A model generated the notes under the pieces. The model was not told where the DNA came from. It saw nothing but the letters and a program-made list of their open reading frames with translations, and ran no database searches. A program made the position numbers and the translations under genes. This document shows positions 37,128 through 53,283 of a stretch of 64,000 nucleotides of DNA, one piece after another. Location: assembly GCF_024521635.1 (NCBI RefSeq), contig NW_026250403.1, positions 2,852,001-2,916,000 of the forward strand. Reading direction: 5' to 3'. The stretch's first letter is position 1; each line of letters starts with the position of its first letter. This DNA comes from Tricharina praecox. Lineage: Eukaryota.

Positions 37128-37898
37128 TCAAAAACGCCGGCGGATCCCAAGCGGACACCCTACCTCAGAGCTCTCCGTGCTGTCAGTGACGCTACTGATC
37201 ACATCGGTGCTGTCAGCGAAGTTACCGGTCACATCTGTCTGCTCCGTTTGCCCCGTCTGCTTCATCTGCTCCATCTGCTCCATCTGCTTCGTCTGCTTCA
37301 TCTGCTCCGGCTGCTCCTCCGAATCTTCCACCACCACGGGCCCGCTCACCTCCTGCCACACCCACAGCCCTGAAACCTCCCCCAGTAGCACGCCAAGGAA
37401 AATCAGTTCCTCCCATCGAAGGTGTGCGAGCAGTTCCCCCACAACCCGCAGCACAGCCCACAGTGGCTTCAGCAGCGGCGCCCCATTAACCAATATCAAC
37501 AAGATTTGTATTCCCCAAAACACAAGGCCCTCATCACTGCTATTCAGAATTCTCTCGACGACTCGCGAAATCCTCCTCCATGTGCGCTTGAGGGGGTCTT
37601 CATCACTGCCATGCAGAATTCGGTCAACGAACCACGAAACCTTCCTCCATGCGCGCAGGAGGAGACACTTGATCGCCTCTAAGGAGCGTCGGCGGGTGAA
37701 GCAGCGGGTGCCGGTTACATATCTCCACGCGAGGATGGTGCGGTACTTCCAAAACTGGAGGGGACAAAATGGATCCTCCCGGCTGCGGCGGCGACGGCGG
37801 TTGCGCGGGCGGTTTGAATCTTTGGGTCTCGAGCGAGTTCTTTCTCTAGATGCACGGGCTTCTCGGATCTTCGTGTGGAGGTATTGGAGGAGGCTCAT
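37128..37898 (-). CDS. Putative orphan membrane protein, 256 aa (5' structure uncertain)
   Basis: Hydrophobic segments (LVFWGIQILLILV, LIFLGVLLGEVSGLWVW), a 23-aa internal duplication with conservative changes, and an EQM-type 9-bp repeat. No recognised domain. Confidence 0.45.
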   Translation of the reverse strand: MSLLQYLHTKIREARASRERTRSRPKDSNRPRNRRRRRSREDPFCPLQFWKYRTILAWRYVTGTRCFTRRRSLEAIKCLLLRAWRKVSWFVDRILHGSDEDPLKRTWRRISRVVERILNSSDEGLVFWGIQILLILVNGAPLLKPLWAVLRVVGELLAHLRWEELIFLGVLLGEVSGLWVWQEVSGPVVVEDSEEQPEQMKQTKQMEQMEQMKQTGQTEQTDVTGNFADSTDVISSVTDSTESSEVGCPLGIRRRF

Positions 37899-38802
37899 CA
37901 GTGTCTACCCCCAACAGCGTAATTACAGGCAGAAAGGTGGTGTGGTTGTGAATCGGAACTCTTCGTCTCCATGTGCTGTGAATACGGTGTGGAGGGACGG
38001 AAGTGATGCGGCCCATACTGATCGATATAAGGTATCGTACCCCCTAGGTCATCTTGAAGCTGGAGCTTCATTCAATCCCTCGGGAATGTTCCATATCCGT
38101 CCGGCGCTGTAAAGATTCCTTCGTGGGGCTTGGGGAAGATCCTCGACTTGTATTTCCGTGGTCCGAGACACCCTCAGGTAGAACCTTTGCGTTGTGGCCA
38201 AGTTGGGATACCATTCTGGGACCGACTGCGTGCACATGAGCTGCAACTGTTGTAGTTAAGAGAATGGAGGAGTTGTTTGTAAGATTTCGTAACGAGTCGA
38301 TAAACCCGAACATCGTGAGATAGTTATGGAGGGAAAGAGAAAGTGCAATTCCCCATGATGTGCTTAACCGGCGGCTACCAGCGGGCGCGTTCTAGGCGGT
38401 TCCGGTGGGAGCCCTCAGATCGCTGACCAAGAAGTTCCTTACAAACACACTTTAGTCGGCTTTTGTCACGTTTTACAAACTCTTACCTAGCATGCAGCGG
38501 GCGGCCCGGCTATGTGACAAGGTTCGGTTTTCCCCGCAGCCTCGGAGCGGATTTTAGAGTCAGAGTTTCGGTGATGCGTTGACACCGAGGCCTGATCCGA
38601 GGCGTACGTTTAAAGGCCCAGGCCCCACTGGTGTGCATTCCCGAGCGGTTATACGAGCAAGCAGACACCCCACCACCACCGCTACCACCATCATCATCAC
38701 CACCACCACCTCCTCCACCACCAACGAACGAACTTTACTCGACAGCTCCAGCCAAATACCACATTCAATCTTCGACTTCATCATAAACACAGAATTGACG
38801 AT

Positions 38803-39513
38803 ATGGCCTCACCACTTTTCAACACAATAGACGAGACCATCGCCGCCTTCGCCGCCGGCAATTTCATCGTAGTCCTCGACTCCGCCGACCGCGAGAATGA
38901 AGGCGACCTTCTCATAGCCGCGGAAGACCTGACGACAGAGAAGATGGCGTTTATGGTCCGCTGGACGAGGTGCGTCCGGGCTTTCCCCCCTGCGCTGCAG
39001 AGGGAGAGAGAGAGAGAGAGTAGTAGCTAACGGCATTCCCCCACCAGCGGCCTGATCTGCACCCCGCTCTCCCCCGCCCTCATCACCAAGTACAGCCTCC
39101 AACAGATGGTCGTAAACAACCAAGAGCCGCACGCGACCGCGTTCACCGTGAGCGTCGATGCGCGGGACCCGACCATCAGCACCGGCATATCCGCATACGA
39201 CCGCGCGCTCACCGCAAGGAAGCTGGCGGATCCCAACGCTACCGCGGCGGATTTCAGGAGTCCCGGACACATGTTTCCGCTGCGCGCGGTCGATGGCGGA
39301 GTGAGGGAGCGGAGGGGTCATACTGAGGCTGCGGTCGAGTTTGCGAGATTGTCAGGGAAGAACCAGGCTGTTTCGATATGTGAGCTCGTGAAGGAGGATG
39401 ATGGGCTGATGATGAGGCGGGATGAATGCCTGGAGTTTGGTAAGAGGTGGGGGCTCAAGGTGTGTACCATTGAGCAACTGGTGGAGTACATAGAGAAGAA
39501 GGAGGGAAAATAG
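38803..39513 (+). CDS. RIB3: 3,4-dihydroxy-2-butanone 4-phosphate synthase (riboflavin biosynthesis), 210 aa
   Basis: Exons 38803-38969 and 39048-39513; intron 38970-39047 GTGCGT..CTAAC..CAG. Motifs VLDSADRENEGDL, TSGLIC, TAFTVSVD, TGISAYDRA, PGHMFPL, RRGHTEAAVE. Confidence 0.97.
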
Positions 39514-39840
39514 GCGGTGTTTCTGTGCATTGGACGAGAGTTTTGTAGATATAAACCGATCTCTTGTTTTGCTGGGGTTTGTTTTGATATGGAATGCACG
39601 AGGTAGACTCGATTACGCACTCCCCTCCGTGTTATATGGTACGTTGAATGCATTCGTCTGTATGTGCGTCTAAACTACTGTACAAGTACACATTTCTCTC
39701 TGCACTCAATTCCCCGTTCATGGCATTGGACAGAACCTCGCCGAGGAACCGTGTATGGCCGTGAAATCTCCACCCATACGCCTAATGTACACTGCCCACA
39801 CCCGCCCACCCTTCCTCCTCTTCTCCTCCTGCCTGCTCCT

Positions 39841-40261
39841 CTACCGCTTCCTCTTATGGGGACCAACAAGGTTGGCATAGAACCTCGACAGATGGTAATT
39901 GATGGTACTCTTCGGTTGCTGGACTTTTTTCTGTTCGCGGATCCTGTCAGCATCCCGGGCTCCCACCTCGGCACATGGGGGGGGACATACCTTTGTGTCC
40001 ATACAACCTCTCAGCGCCTCCTCCAGCTTTCCGCATCCCTCAATAGTGTAGCCCGACGACGCCCAGCATCCGAGCAGCTGGGACATCACACCCACGCACG
40101 GGTTCTGAACTTCCTTGTTCGGGCGGCGCACGCGCAGTTTGGGGAGGGGCGGGAGGCGGGCGACCTGGTGATCGATGTGTTAGCGAGTGCATGGCAGAGA
40201 TGGGGGGTAGGCGGAAGAAGCATACTTTGTCGCGGACGGCGGCGGCTACTGGCGGCGGCAT
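39841..40261 (-). CDS. MRP10: Mitochondrial small-subunit ribosomal protein Mrp10 (mS37), twin CX9C, 99 aa
   Basis: Exons 40261-40226, 40164-39991 and 39930-39841. RLPPLPKLRVRRPN, CVGVMSQLLGCWAS, CGKLEEALRGCMD and STINYHLSRFY motifs. Confidence 0.92.
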
Positions 40262-42281
40262 TGTGGTGGTGGTTGTGAGGTGAGGCTCGAGAGCTGTGGT
40301 GGGGGATTCTGTGGGTGGAACTGCTCGTTCGTGAAACTTTGGCGGCTTGGCAGTGTTAGTAAGCATGTGGGGTTGTCACTCGGCTGGATGTTCGGTTGTG
40401 AGGATCGTGATATTGCCGGATTTCTGGGGTGAGGGACTGTGCTTTATGATGGACGTGAAAATAACTTGTTTTTGGGATCAGAAGCATTTTGTGAGTTTCG
40501 AGAAGTTGCCGAGGGGAGGGAGTATGGATAGGTGAGTACATTGTGCATGGGTTTGCGGTGGGAGAAATGCTGGCCGGTAGGTTTACCAGAGAAGAAGACG
40601 TGGTGCGAGGGGAAATGGTAGCGGTTCAAGTGGGCTGGGGCTATATTGACGGGGGACGAGAAAGTGGCAGCAGAACATATCAGAAGAACATGAAGCGAGC
40701 AATTCGGCAATTCCACGATGGCATGGTAACATTACTAACTGCACAAGGTATCGTGAAGAAGGTCTCGGCATAAGAACATAACGCCAAACAGTAGGTTCAG
40801 TATATAATATGACGGCCAATCGCTTGCAAGTTCTGAGGTACTAGTAAAACAGCGTCTATCGAAACGTTGCATCTCCGCTCACTCCATGGCGATTTACGTG
40901 GCTCTCTTCTCAAGCTATATGATTGGCGACATTAGCGACCTACGGCTTATAGCGGGGGGTGGGAGCAGGCAACATACCCTCCAGGCAGAGTTCACAGCAA
41001 AGTTGCGGGGGGCTACGACTGCGTCCCTCTGGCCGTACATCGAACCGGTAAGGCGGCGATCACGCTCCATCACTGACACTTGAATTCAGTACGCAGTTCT
41101 GAAAGATCGCTATTGGTGGCCAACATACTGTTCTTCGCATCGCAAAGACAACCAAGTTAGCATGTATGGTGTGTATATGTGGAGGGCGGTGTCACAAACA
41201 ATATCCCACGTATCGAGGCCGTGCCTTCCTCTGTGCTTGTCGGCCTGCAAATAGCGGAGTCCGGACACAGCCTTGACGAAAGCAACCAGTCAATCAACCT
41301 CCTCGTCGTCGGAGTCGACACAACGAGCACGGACAACTCACACCACCAGAGAGACCGAACATCTGTAGAGCACCAATATCGCCATCGTTAGCTTCGTTGA
41401 AGGATCTCGAACACGTGTTGACGATGAGGACGTACGGTAATTATGATCGCATACGGGAGGAGGGATTCGAACGGGACACCCATGATTGCGGTTTTCTGCG
41501 AACAGATATGGATTAGTATTGCTAGCCGTCAAACTGCGGGGATCTCGTACTCGATTCTTGGTGTTCCGGTTTGATTTTGCTCAGAGCTTCTTTCGGTTGC
41601 GGAGGTTGGTTCGCAGCGGGTTTCGGCAAGTTGGTGCGGTGCTGTGTGCGAGCGGGAAACCACCCCCCTCCACCGGTATTCTCGCTTATGTCATACTGCC
41701 AAGCCAGATGTGCAACGCGGTTTGGTTTGGCGAGTGAGTAGCAGTCTAACCAATTCAAGTTTGTCTCCTGTTGCGTTCGAGTTGCTTCCCAAACCTGCGC
41801 TGAGATACCCACACCAGTTCTCACTCATGACAGTTCTCTTCTCGTAAACATTTCCATTCGGCTGCTACCCGTGTTTCTCGACCCCAGCAGCGCTACAAAA
41901 CGACACGTCTGACTGCAACACCGAACCGCACGCGCTTTCGCAACAACCTTCACTACAACCTGTGACTCGTCCGATCGACCGCAACAATTCGACTTCCCAC
42001 GCTCTCGAGAGCTTTCGATAGTCTTTCCCACGCGACAGTCACTCGGTACCGTTTTCGCGGTACAAGTGACAAGATAGATCGTGGACGGACACACTTTGCC
42101 GGGCATTAAAGGTCCCGAAAGCCACGTGCAACACCCGCCTACCGTCGCATTGTTTCCTCTACCTCTTCCGCATCTTACGCTTCTCGCCGGAGCTCCGATC
42201 CCAGATTCAGCTCCGGTTGCTGGACCGGCGCGGGATGTGGCGGTGGGAAGCGTAAGGCAGGAGCGGGCACAGAAAGTGGAC

Positions 42282-45625
<3,344 letters not shown>

Positions 45626-45986
45626 GAAGCGGCAGGGCAACGGAGGATATGGGGCAACTACCTACTTAGATTTAATGTGCTTCACTATAGTAGGCTTGCC
45701 CATCTCTCTTTTAATCAGGTTTCTTTCTTCATTCAAGTTGTGGGCTCTTTCTTTCTTTCGTTTCTTCTCCCGCTTCTAGGTTTGCAGTTTTTCAGTTGGC
45801 CGGGTTTGTTTTTTTCTTTTCCGTTCTCTGGAGAGGTATCATCATTTTATTTGCTTTCTTGCATATGTACACGCGCACTCAGCTCGCTTTGGTCCATCCA
45901 GTCATGTACTTTTAGTAGTAGAGAGTTCAACTTCATCTACAACCCCACACATTTCCCACGGCGAGTGATCAAGCATGCATGCATGC

Positions 45987-46562
45987 TCACTTCGCCCTGA
46001 GCCGTCTGCGATTAGCGCGCATGACGCCCTCCTCGAATATATCCTCCAGCGACATGCGCACAAAAGGGCTGCAATGGTCCTGCGCCATCTCTGCGCGCTC
46101 AATCGTGGAGGAGCAGATGGGACAGCGCAGACGCGCGAATACTCCGTCGATTAGACAGTCTAGGTGGAATAGGTGGCTGCAGTTGTGTAACAGGTGGATC
46201 AGTGGCGCGTCGTCTATTGTCGTGCTGCAGCTATCGCAGAGAAGGTTTTGGCGTGAGTCGGAGGTGGTTACCGGTGGCATTGTGGGGTGGGGGAGCTGTA
46301 GCCTGGTGGGAGGAAGGGAGGAGAGGAGGGTCGTCGTTTGCGGTTGCTTTTGCATTTGCGTTTGCCCAATTGAAGTCGGAGGCCGCTGGGCTTTTTGTAC
46401 TCTATACATACTTGAGCCGGACGGAGAAGAGGGCGCGTTCGTGTTGCTCCTCTCATCGTGGTGCGGTGCGCGGGACGCTTGAAGCTTGAATGATCCCTCA
46501 TGATCCGCAACTCGACACCCGACACCACAACCCTCAGTTCGAATCGGAGGCCGTTCATTCAT
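45987..46562 (-). CDS. Small RING-H2 finger protein, up to 191 aa (start uncertain)
   Basis: C-x2-C-x15-C-x-H-x2-H-x2-C-x10-C-x2-C in CDSC...NCSHLFHLDC...LRCPIC; intronless; convergent with SAS3. Confidence 0.65.
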   Translation of the reverse strand: MNERPPIRTEGCGVGCRVADHEGSFKLQASRAPHHDERSNTNAPSSPSGSSMYRVQKAQRPPTSIGQTQMQKQPQTTTLLSSLPPTRLQLPHPTMPPVTTSDSRQNLLCDSCSTTIDDAPLIHLLHNCSHLFHLDCLIDGVFARLRCPICSSTIERAEMAQDHCSPFVRMSLEDIFEEGVMRANRRRLRAK

Positions 46563-49500
46563 GCATGCTCACTCTGGCCTCTAGCGGATCGCCGTCTGCA
46601 TGCTAGTTAGAGGGTTCGGGGATTCATCGCGGCGATTGGTACGTCGTATGTACCAGGAGCTGCCAATAAGTGGTTCCTCACCACCATTACGAATTATAAG
46701 CACTAGTCTATATTAGGAGCTCACTAAGCCAGATACAGTGAAATGAGTGAGTGGTTGTGATTAAGTTGTATGGGGGAAAACGCTAAGCTGTATGGGGGAA
46801 AAACTGGTGAGGTAGTACACCCGAGTGCACAGCATGCGCAGGTGGCCATGGATAACGGGGTGGGGCGCGCGAGAGCATGGAAGCACGGATCACCAACTGC
46901 ATAAGTAGTACCTTATGAGGTTAGTATCTAACTATTGGAAAGCATTTGTCTTCAAACCCGCATGGTGGTCATCCGCAATTCCCAGAAGAAAAAAAATATT
47001 TACTTATGTACCATTTCCCGTTGTCATGTTGCTTAACTTGCGTTCCCTCACCAAGCTCGCACACGCACCACACACAACCACGCACACGCACGTACCTACG
47101 CACATAAGCATAACTTACAACGTTCGTGCCGTGTGTGTGGTTGTGTGTGCATGTGGATGGGAGGAAGGGGGGGTCTGTGGCACGCATCGCACACATCCCA
47201 CAAGGGCATGGCGACACGACCGTTTGATCAGCATCAGCGTCCATGATAGATACCAGGTTGTCACTTGTCTCAAGGGAGTCTGCATGCACGTTCCCACACC
47301 TCATCATCATCGTCGTTGTGACAATGATTGAGGTAGGTAAGAAGGTGCAGTGGTGGTGGGAAGGATAGCTGCGGGGGAGATGGGGGAGGTGGGGGGGAGG
47401 GAAGCGCATGTGTGGACTGGCTGGACGCTGACGCAAGAAGAGGGAGGAAAAAGCAAAGAGATCCATCCACCCGCCACTTGTTGGAAAAAGAAAAAAAAGA
47501 CGGAATTGAACTGAACTGAGAAAAAGCAAATATGAGTACGATATCCACAGCATCGAGTTGGAGTTGGTTGCCCCCGTCATCCCACAGGATGGTCGCGAGA
47601 GGACTAACTGGTATGCACACATGAGGGCTGGCGTAATCACAGCCACTGCCGTACTCCAACCGTACCCCACGAGCACGAGCACGAGCACGGCATAACCCCC
47701 CCGGGCGCTTCGATTTCGGTAACCGCACTGACTGTCGAATAATCTCTCGAGAACGAGCCGAGTCATGAGCTGTGATGCGAGCCATCCATCATCGCCAGCT
47801 GCAGACTACCTAACTATGCTTCCCGACTATTCCGCCACTGCACTATACGCTGCTGCAGCCCCACCATGGTGTCCGCCTGCCTGGCCCGTGCTACTGCTGC
47901 TGCTGCTGCTGCTGCTGACGGTTATATTATATTATTGCGCTGCGCTGCACTACATATTGCGGTATTGCTGAGTTCGAGCGGAGTTTCCGGGCGACGAACA
48001 ATCTACTCTACTCTGGATTGCGGAGAGTAAAAAGTAGGTACTCTAAATACATTTGAGCTCGAGATGGATGCATATCGGATGGAGGGGTGAGGGGTGAGGG
48101 GTGAGGGGGGAAGTAACCGTGGGTAAGAAATCTGTTTGGAAGAGCGAATGCCTGCGGACAAGGGCATTGCACGCGGCCAGTGTCGCAATGCGGAAGGCGC
48201 AGGGAGCGGGATCGGGGAAACGTTGTGAGGAATATCATTGTATGTATGTAGTGGTGGGCCAGACCAGGTAAGGCCAGGCAACAGTCCTGGATATGGACAT
48301 ATGGATACATACGGGTTGGTATGATGTATCTATCTACTGGGGGAGTCGGGACGGTCCGTTCTCGAAGAGGAAAGCCATGGAGTATTGACGCTCCGCTCCA
48401 GCCATAGGTCAGAAGTAGGTAGGTATCGCACGGTATTGACGACCTCGACCTCGAGCTCGGAGCACTGGCGGAGAAAGCACCCGGCCAGGGCAAGCTGATA
48501 TAGCTATTTTATACCCACCTCCTCCAAGAACTCCTTAGGCCTTTCACATTCCCTTCTGAAAGCTGAAAGCTCTCCTTTTACCGACCTTCTTCGGGAGTGA
48601 TTTCCCCGGCACCGTGATCCCCCCCTGCAAAGTGACTGCCTTCCCTTTCGAGAGCGAGCAATGTATACATATCCTGTTACCGCTGGTTGAACAACTTAGA
48701 GTACCTACCGGAGAATTTTAACTGATAGATACCCTCCCTACCCTACTCGTATAATCCGTGTGCTAGGAAAAATGAACCTAATGTTTGATTTTTGGCCGGC
48801 AAATACCTGGTGGGGATTCTGCCCCATATCCAGATCTTACCATCATGAACGGATACCTAGCTTTCCGCTCTCGAAGATGCTCGAAATGCACCTTGTACAT
48901 ATGTTGACATCCTAGGTATATCTACCAGCCGATTGCTGAACGAGTATGTAGAATATGTATCATACATGACTATAGCAGGGCCCTTCGCATCGCCGGGAAG
49001 GTATCATAGCAGCAGCAGCAGTACTCCAGCCAACGAGCAGGCCCTGGGCGCTGGTATGACATGTGTGTGTGTGTATATGCGGACCACTCATCGTCAACTT
49101 CGAGAGAACCCGATCTCGAGTCTCGCCGCCGGCCTTCTTTCCATGCATCGTCGTGGGCCGCGCAACGTGGTGGTGCATTCACTTATTCACTTGTCTCTCC
49201 CTCAATAGCTGCTCTACAGCTCTGCAGGACGCCTGTTCAAGATTAGTTACCTTTCACTGCGGAATCCTTATGTACGTTGGTATGTATGTACGGAAATGTC
49301 GGCTGGGTGCAGAATTGATTTTTTCTTGTTGGAGAGCGAGCAGAATGGGGTGCCGGTGGCCACCGTCCACGAGTGGACACTGGAGGCGGTGGAAACAGAC
49401 TGGCCGGTCACCAAACAACGCAGCGTCCGTCAGAACCAGGTACGCACATAGGTGCGTACGTACAGTCGGCCAAGTTCGAAGTTCGCAGTATTGAACCTGA

Positions 49501-50608
49501 TAGGACTCAGGAGGCTCGGCCGGAAGTGCTGAATCGAGATGGCTTGGGATTTTTCTTTTCCCTTCTTCCAGCTTCGGCCGTCCTCGTCCTCGTCCTCTTT
49601 CTCTCTCACTTCCCTAGCTCGAGTCGAGCCATCCAGACGCCCCCAGAAAATTTGCCTCCCGTAGTGCCGCAACTACGCAAGCGGTGCCGTTAAACGGTGA
49701 GCCCAAGCAAGCCCTTATACTTAGCTTCGTCACTCCCTGGCAGCCTCCTCCCTCCACCTCCTCCCACACACCTGGTTACCTGGTTCGGGTGGGATATAGT
49801 CCACACTCTAGTTCCGCTAGATGTCGACCGACCTGTACGTCAGCTGATACGGAGAGCTCCCCCCGGGTGGAAACTCGGATGGATGTTCATTTCTTTGGTG
49901 TGCGGACTGTTTCTCAAGACTCGAGAGTTCCTGGTGGACAGGCTGGCCACTGATTTTGCTTGGGCATTGCTATTGAAGAAGAAGAAGAATGCACAGTGCT
50001 CTTTTCTCGGCTCGAGTGTTGTGGTACCTGGGTATTATTGCTGTCGCATGGGATTATGCATACAACCGCGTTAAGCGCGACTACCATGGAAAGCGAGTAA
50101 ACACGGGACATGACTGCCTGGCAGCACCTGCACATTAAGAAAGAAGTGGTGGGGGCACGCGGGGGACTCAGCATAAATAGTTAGAGGCATTGCCATTGCG
50201 CGAAAGCGGTAGTACCGCGGTAACTACTACAAACGAGGGTTTTTTTCCCAAGACTCCAAATGCGTGTTGATGCGTTATAACCACTGGTGCACCGGTGTCC
50301 AGAACTGAGACACTGATATGCGCATCATCACGACGAAAACCGGGCGAGAAACGGAGCCCTAAAGTACTGTAAGCTCTGTATGCATATATGCATATGTGTG
50401 CATCCTAAAAAAAGGGAAACACCCGCTTCGATCCTCCACGTTCGGCTTCAGCCTGAAATCGAAACATCCCCCATGGATGATAGATATGCATAGGATCATG
50501 GGAGGCGTGGACGATCAGCGTGCCAAGTTCCGCTAGGTGAGAATGCGTTCGAATGAACGGGAGGTGTGCAGAGTTTCCACCCTACCGTATGTAGGTTGTA
50601 CGAGTACT

Positions 50609-50636
50609 TGTGTGTGTGTGTGTGTGTGTGTGTGTG
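50609..50636. repeat. (TG)14 microsatellite
   Basis: Read directly from the sequence. Confidence 0.9.
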
Positions 50637-53248
50637 AGCGGAACGCATGGACCGTGGAACGGCCATAGCGTCTGCCAGCCGTCTGGTGAGTGACACAACA
50701 CGGTACCTAAGACGTTGGTATGTGCCTGCTTACTCTACTCTGGCAGGCTTGAACTTACACACTCGTATACTCGGAACAGCTTCTAGTCAGCGTCAGCAGG
50801 GAAAATGTTCTTTGCTGGCCGGACGAAAAGGAGACTCCGGAGTCCTATGTACTTTCACCGCGACCACCGCCACGAGAGCAGCGTGTCTCGCGGGGAGAGA
50901 GAGAGCAAAGTTTCTCCATTTTATATCGGTTCAAATTCGCATCGCTTCGGCCGTCGGGGGGGTTCAGTGTCATGTCGTTGGATGCCAATCAGTGCAGCAA
51001 TGGCGGAGTTGGATCGTTTTGTGTGATACAAGAGCTAACGTTGACCACGGCCCCATCATTGACGACCTTCAGAAGCTGAGAAGCACCACTATGACCCCCG
51101 GTGATAAAACCCCTCACCGATGCCACCGGCAAAGCTCTCTTATCGAACCGTTGTTGAGCCAGAGTCCTGACAGGCAAACACGCCCCCTTTCTATGTACTC
51201 CCACCCTCCTCCCGACGAAACTATCTGTTGCACGTTGGGGGCTGCTCGGTTCGAAATGTCGCGCAGTATGTAGAGTATGCATACGATACTTTTGTGGGCA
51301 TCAAGTATGATACATGTGATATGTACATACCGCTTTGGCAGGATGACAGACAGGCATTGATGATTGCATGCCTTCTCTCCGCGGGAATTATAAGCATTAA
51401 TGGGGGCATCTATATAGTATGGGAATCGCCGTGTCGGACTACATACCAGTGATGAGCGGCTAAGTATAGTAATCATCATTCATGCCAGGACGCCAATACC
51501 TATGCACATATTCGGCAGCAACGAGAATCACCCGCCCCCATCGTGTGGGGTCCCATCTGGCTGCTATCTACTTGGAGGCTCTCCTCCGGTTGTATGTATG
51601 TATGTTAGGTAAGTCCATACTACCACATGGCACACACGGTGCGATTCCGGTGAAGAGGTTCGCAGGCAGGCGCGAGGAAGTAAGGGGGCACGGACGGAAC
51701 ACTACTTAACTACGCCTGCGGCTAACTATCGTCTACAGACGACGACGAACGACGAACGACGAACGACGAACGACGACGACGTTGGCGTGGGCAATGCCAC
51801 TGCTCTATCTACTACATATGGCACCTGTTCGACCGCCGCCTTGGTTATCGTCCGTCGATGGGTGGACTCTTGCCATCGTGCCCCACCGCAGATATCCATG
51901 AGTGACACCAGAAGATGGCGACAGAGAACCTGCAACGGCTCCTCGTCGCGGTTGATGCATTCATCCATGCCGCCCATGACCTCCGGGGAGGACGGCTCCA
52001 GTCCGCGGCCGGGAATGTACGTGTGATAGGGCATCAGCAGAGAGAGAGAGCGAGAGAGAGGAAGCGGCGTTGCTCCTCCGGGGGGCATCCTCCTGGTGTT
52101 GATAGCAGAGCCACAGCTTTTTTTATCTTTTTTATTTATTTGTGTTGCAACCTGGAGATCTCAACACCTCGCTGTTTGGTTTTTGCTTGTTTGCATTTGC
52201 GAGACAGGTTTCCAACCCGGTCGATGGCTACCTATTGCACGGGACCACGGTTGGACAGCAACAAGCAACAGCAAGAGGGAGGGAACATGTTCGGTTCGAG
52301 CGGCCGAATCCGTGGTCGTTCGTGACACGGTTGCTTTTTTGCGATAACCACGGAATCTTTGACCGTGATTAACGTTTGGCCTTGACATGTTTGCCTGGAT
52401 GCTCTGCATATCCCCCCATCCCTCCATTCACACATCCTAGCATGTGAGAAACACCTTCCCCCCCCTCTCCTCCCTCCTCCTCCTTCTTCGCTTTCCCTCC
52501 CCATCGCCGCCTAGGCCAGAACCAGAACCATCGATCCGGATCGACGGCACGTTTTGTGCCGCCCCACCAGATACCTGAGCATATACCTACATGAGTAGGA
52601 GGAATGTGCATGGTCGAAACAGGAATACCCTATAGCCACCCCCCACAGCGCGGCCGTCTCGAAACCTGAAGGCCGCGTTTGGATAATGGATCTCTGCTCT
52701 CCGCACTCTACATATGTACTGCATCTTCTCTCAAAGAAGAAGCTTCAACTCCCCAGTCGCCATAACCCGTTTAGGGCATCCTCCCGCGCCGCGATCGACC
52801 ATGGACATGACCGCGGACCATGGACCATGGACCATGGGCCACGGGGTGTATGTAGATGCGGGTGGGCAAAAGCCGGTTATGGTGCAGACCTGTCACGTAC
52901 ATACATACAGACATACGTGCGTGCGTAGATCCACACAGTACGGTAACTATCTAGAGTACCCGGGAATGTCAAGTGTTAAGGCCAGGGAAGGATGGCTTTT
53001 CCACTCTACTCTAGTTTCCTACATACTCGCTATATATCTCTCTCTCCGCTCTACTCTAGTTATAGTAGAGCATGTAAGTATGAAGTAGGTAGGTGCCCAA
53101 GTAAGTACCCCAAGTAAACACTATAAGTTACCTACATAGCTGGACAGAGTGCCATATGCCATACCTATGGTCTCGTTGAAACCTGCAGGTGGAACCCTGA
53201 ACCCAACCCCGCAGACAGCCAGCCCACGGACTGGATTCGGCGTGGCCT

Positions 53249-53283
53249 CCAGTGCCAGTGCCAGTGCCAGTGCCAGTGCCAGT
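53249..53283. repeat. (CCAGTG)n microsatellite
   Basis: About 6 copies, read directly. Confidence 0.9.
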
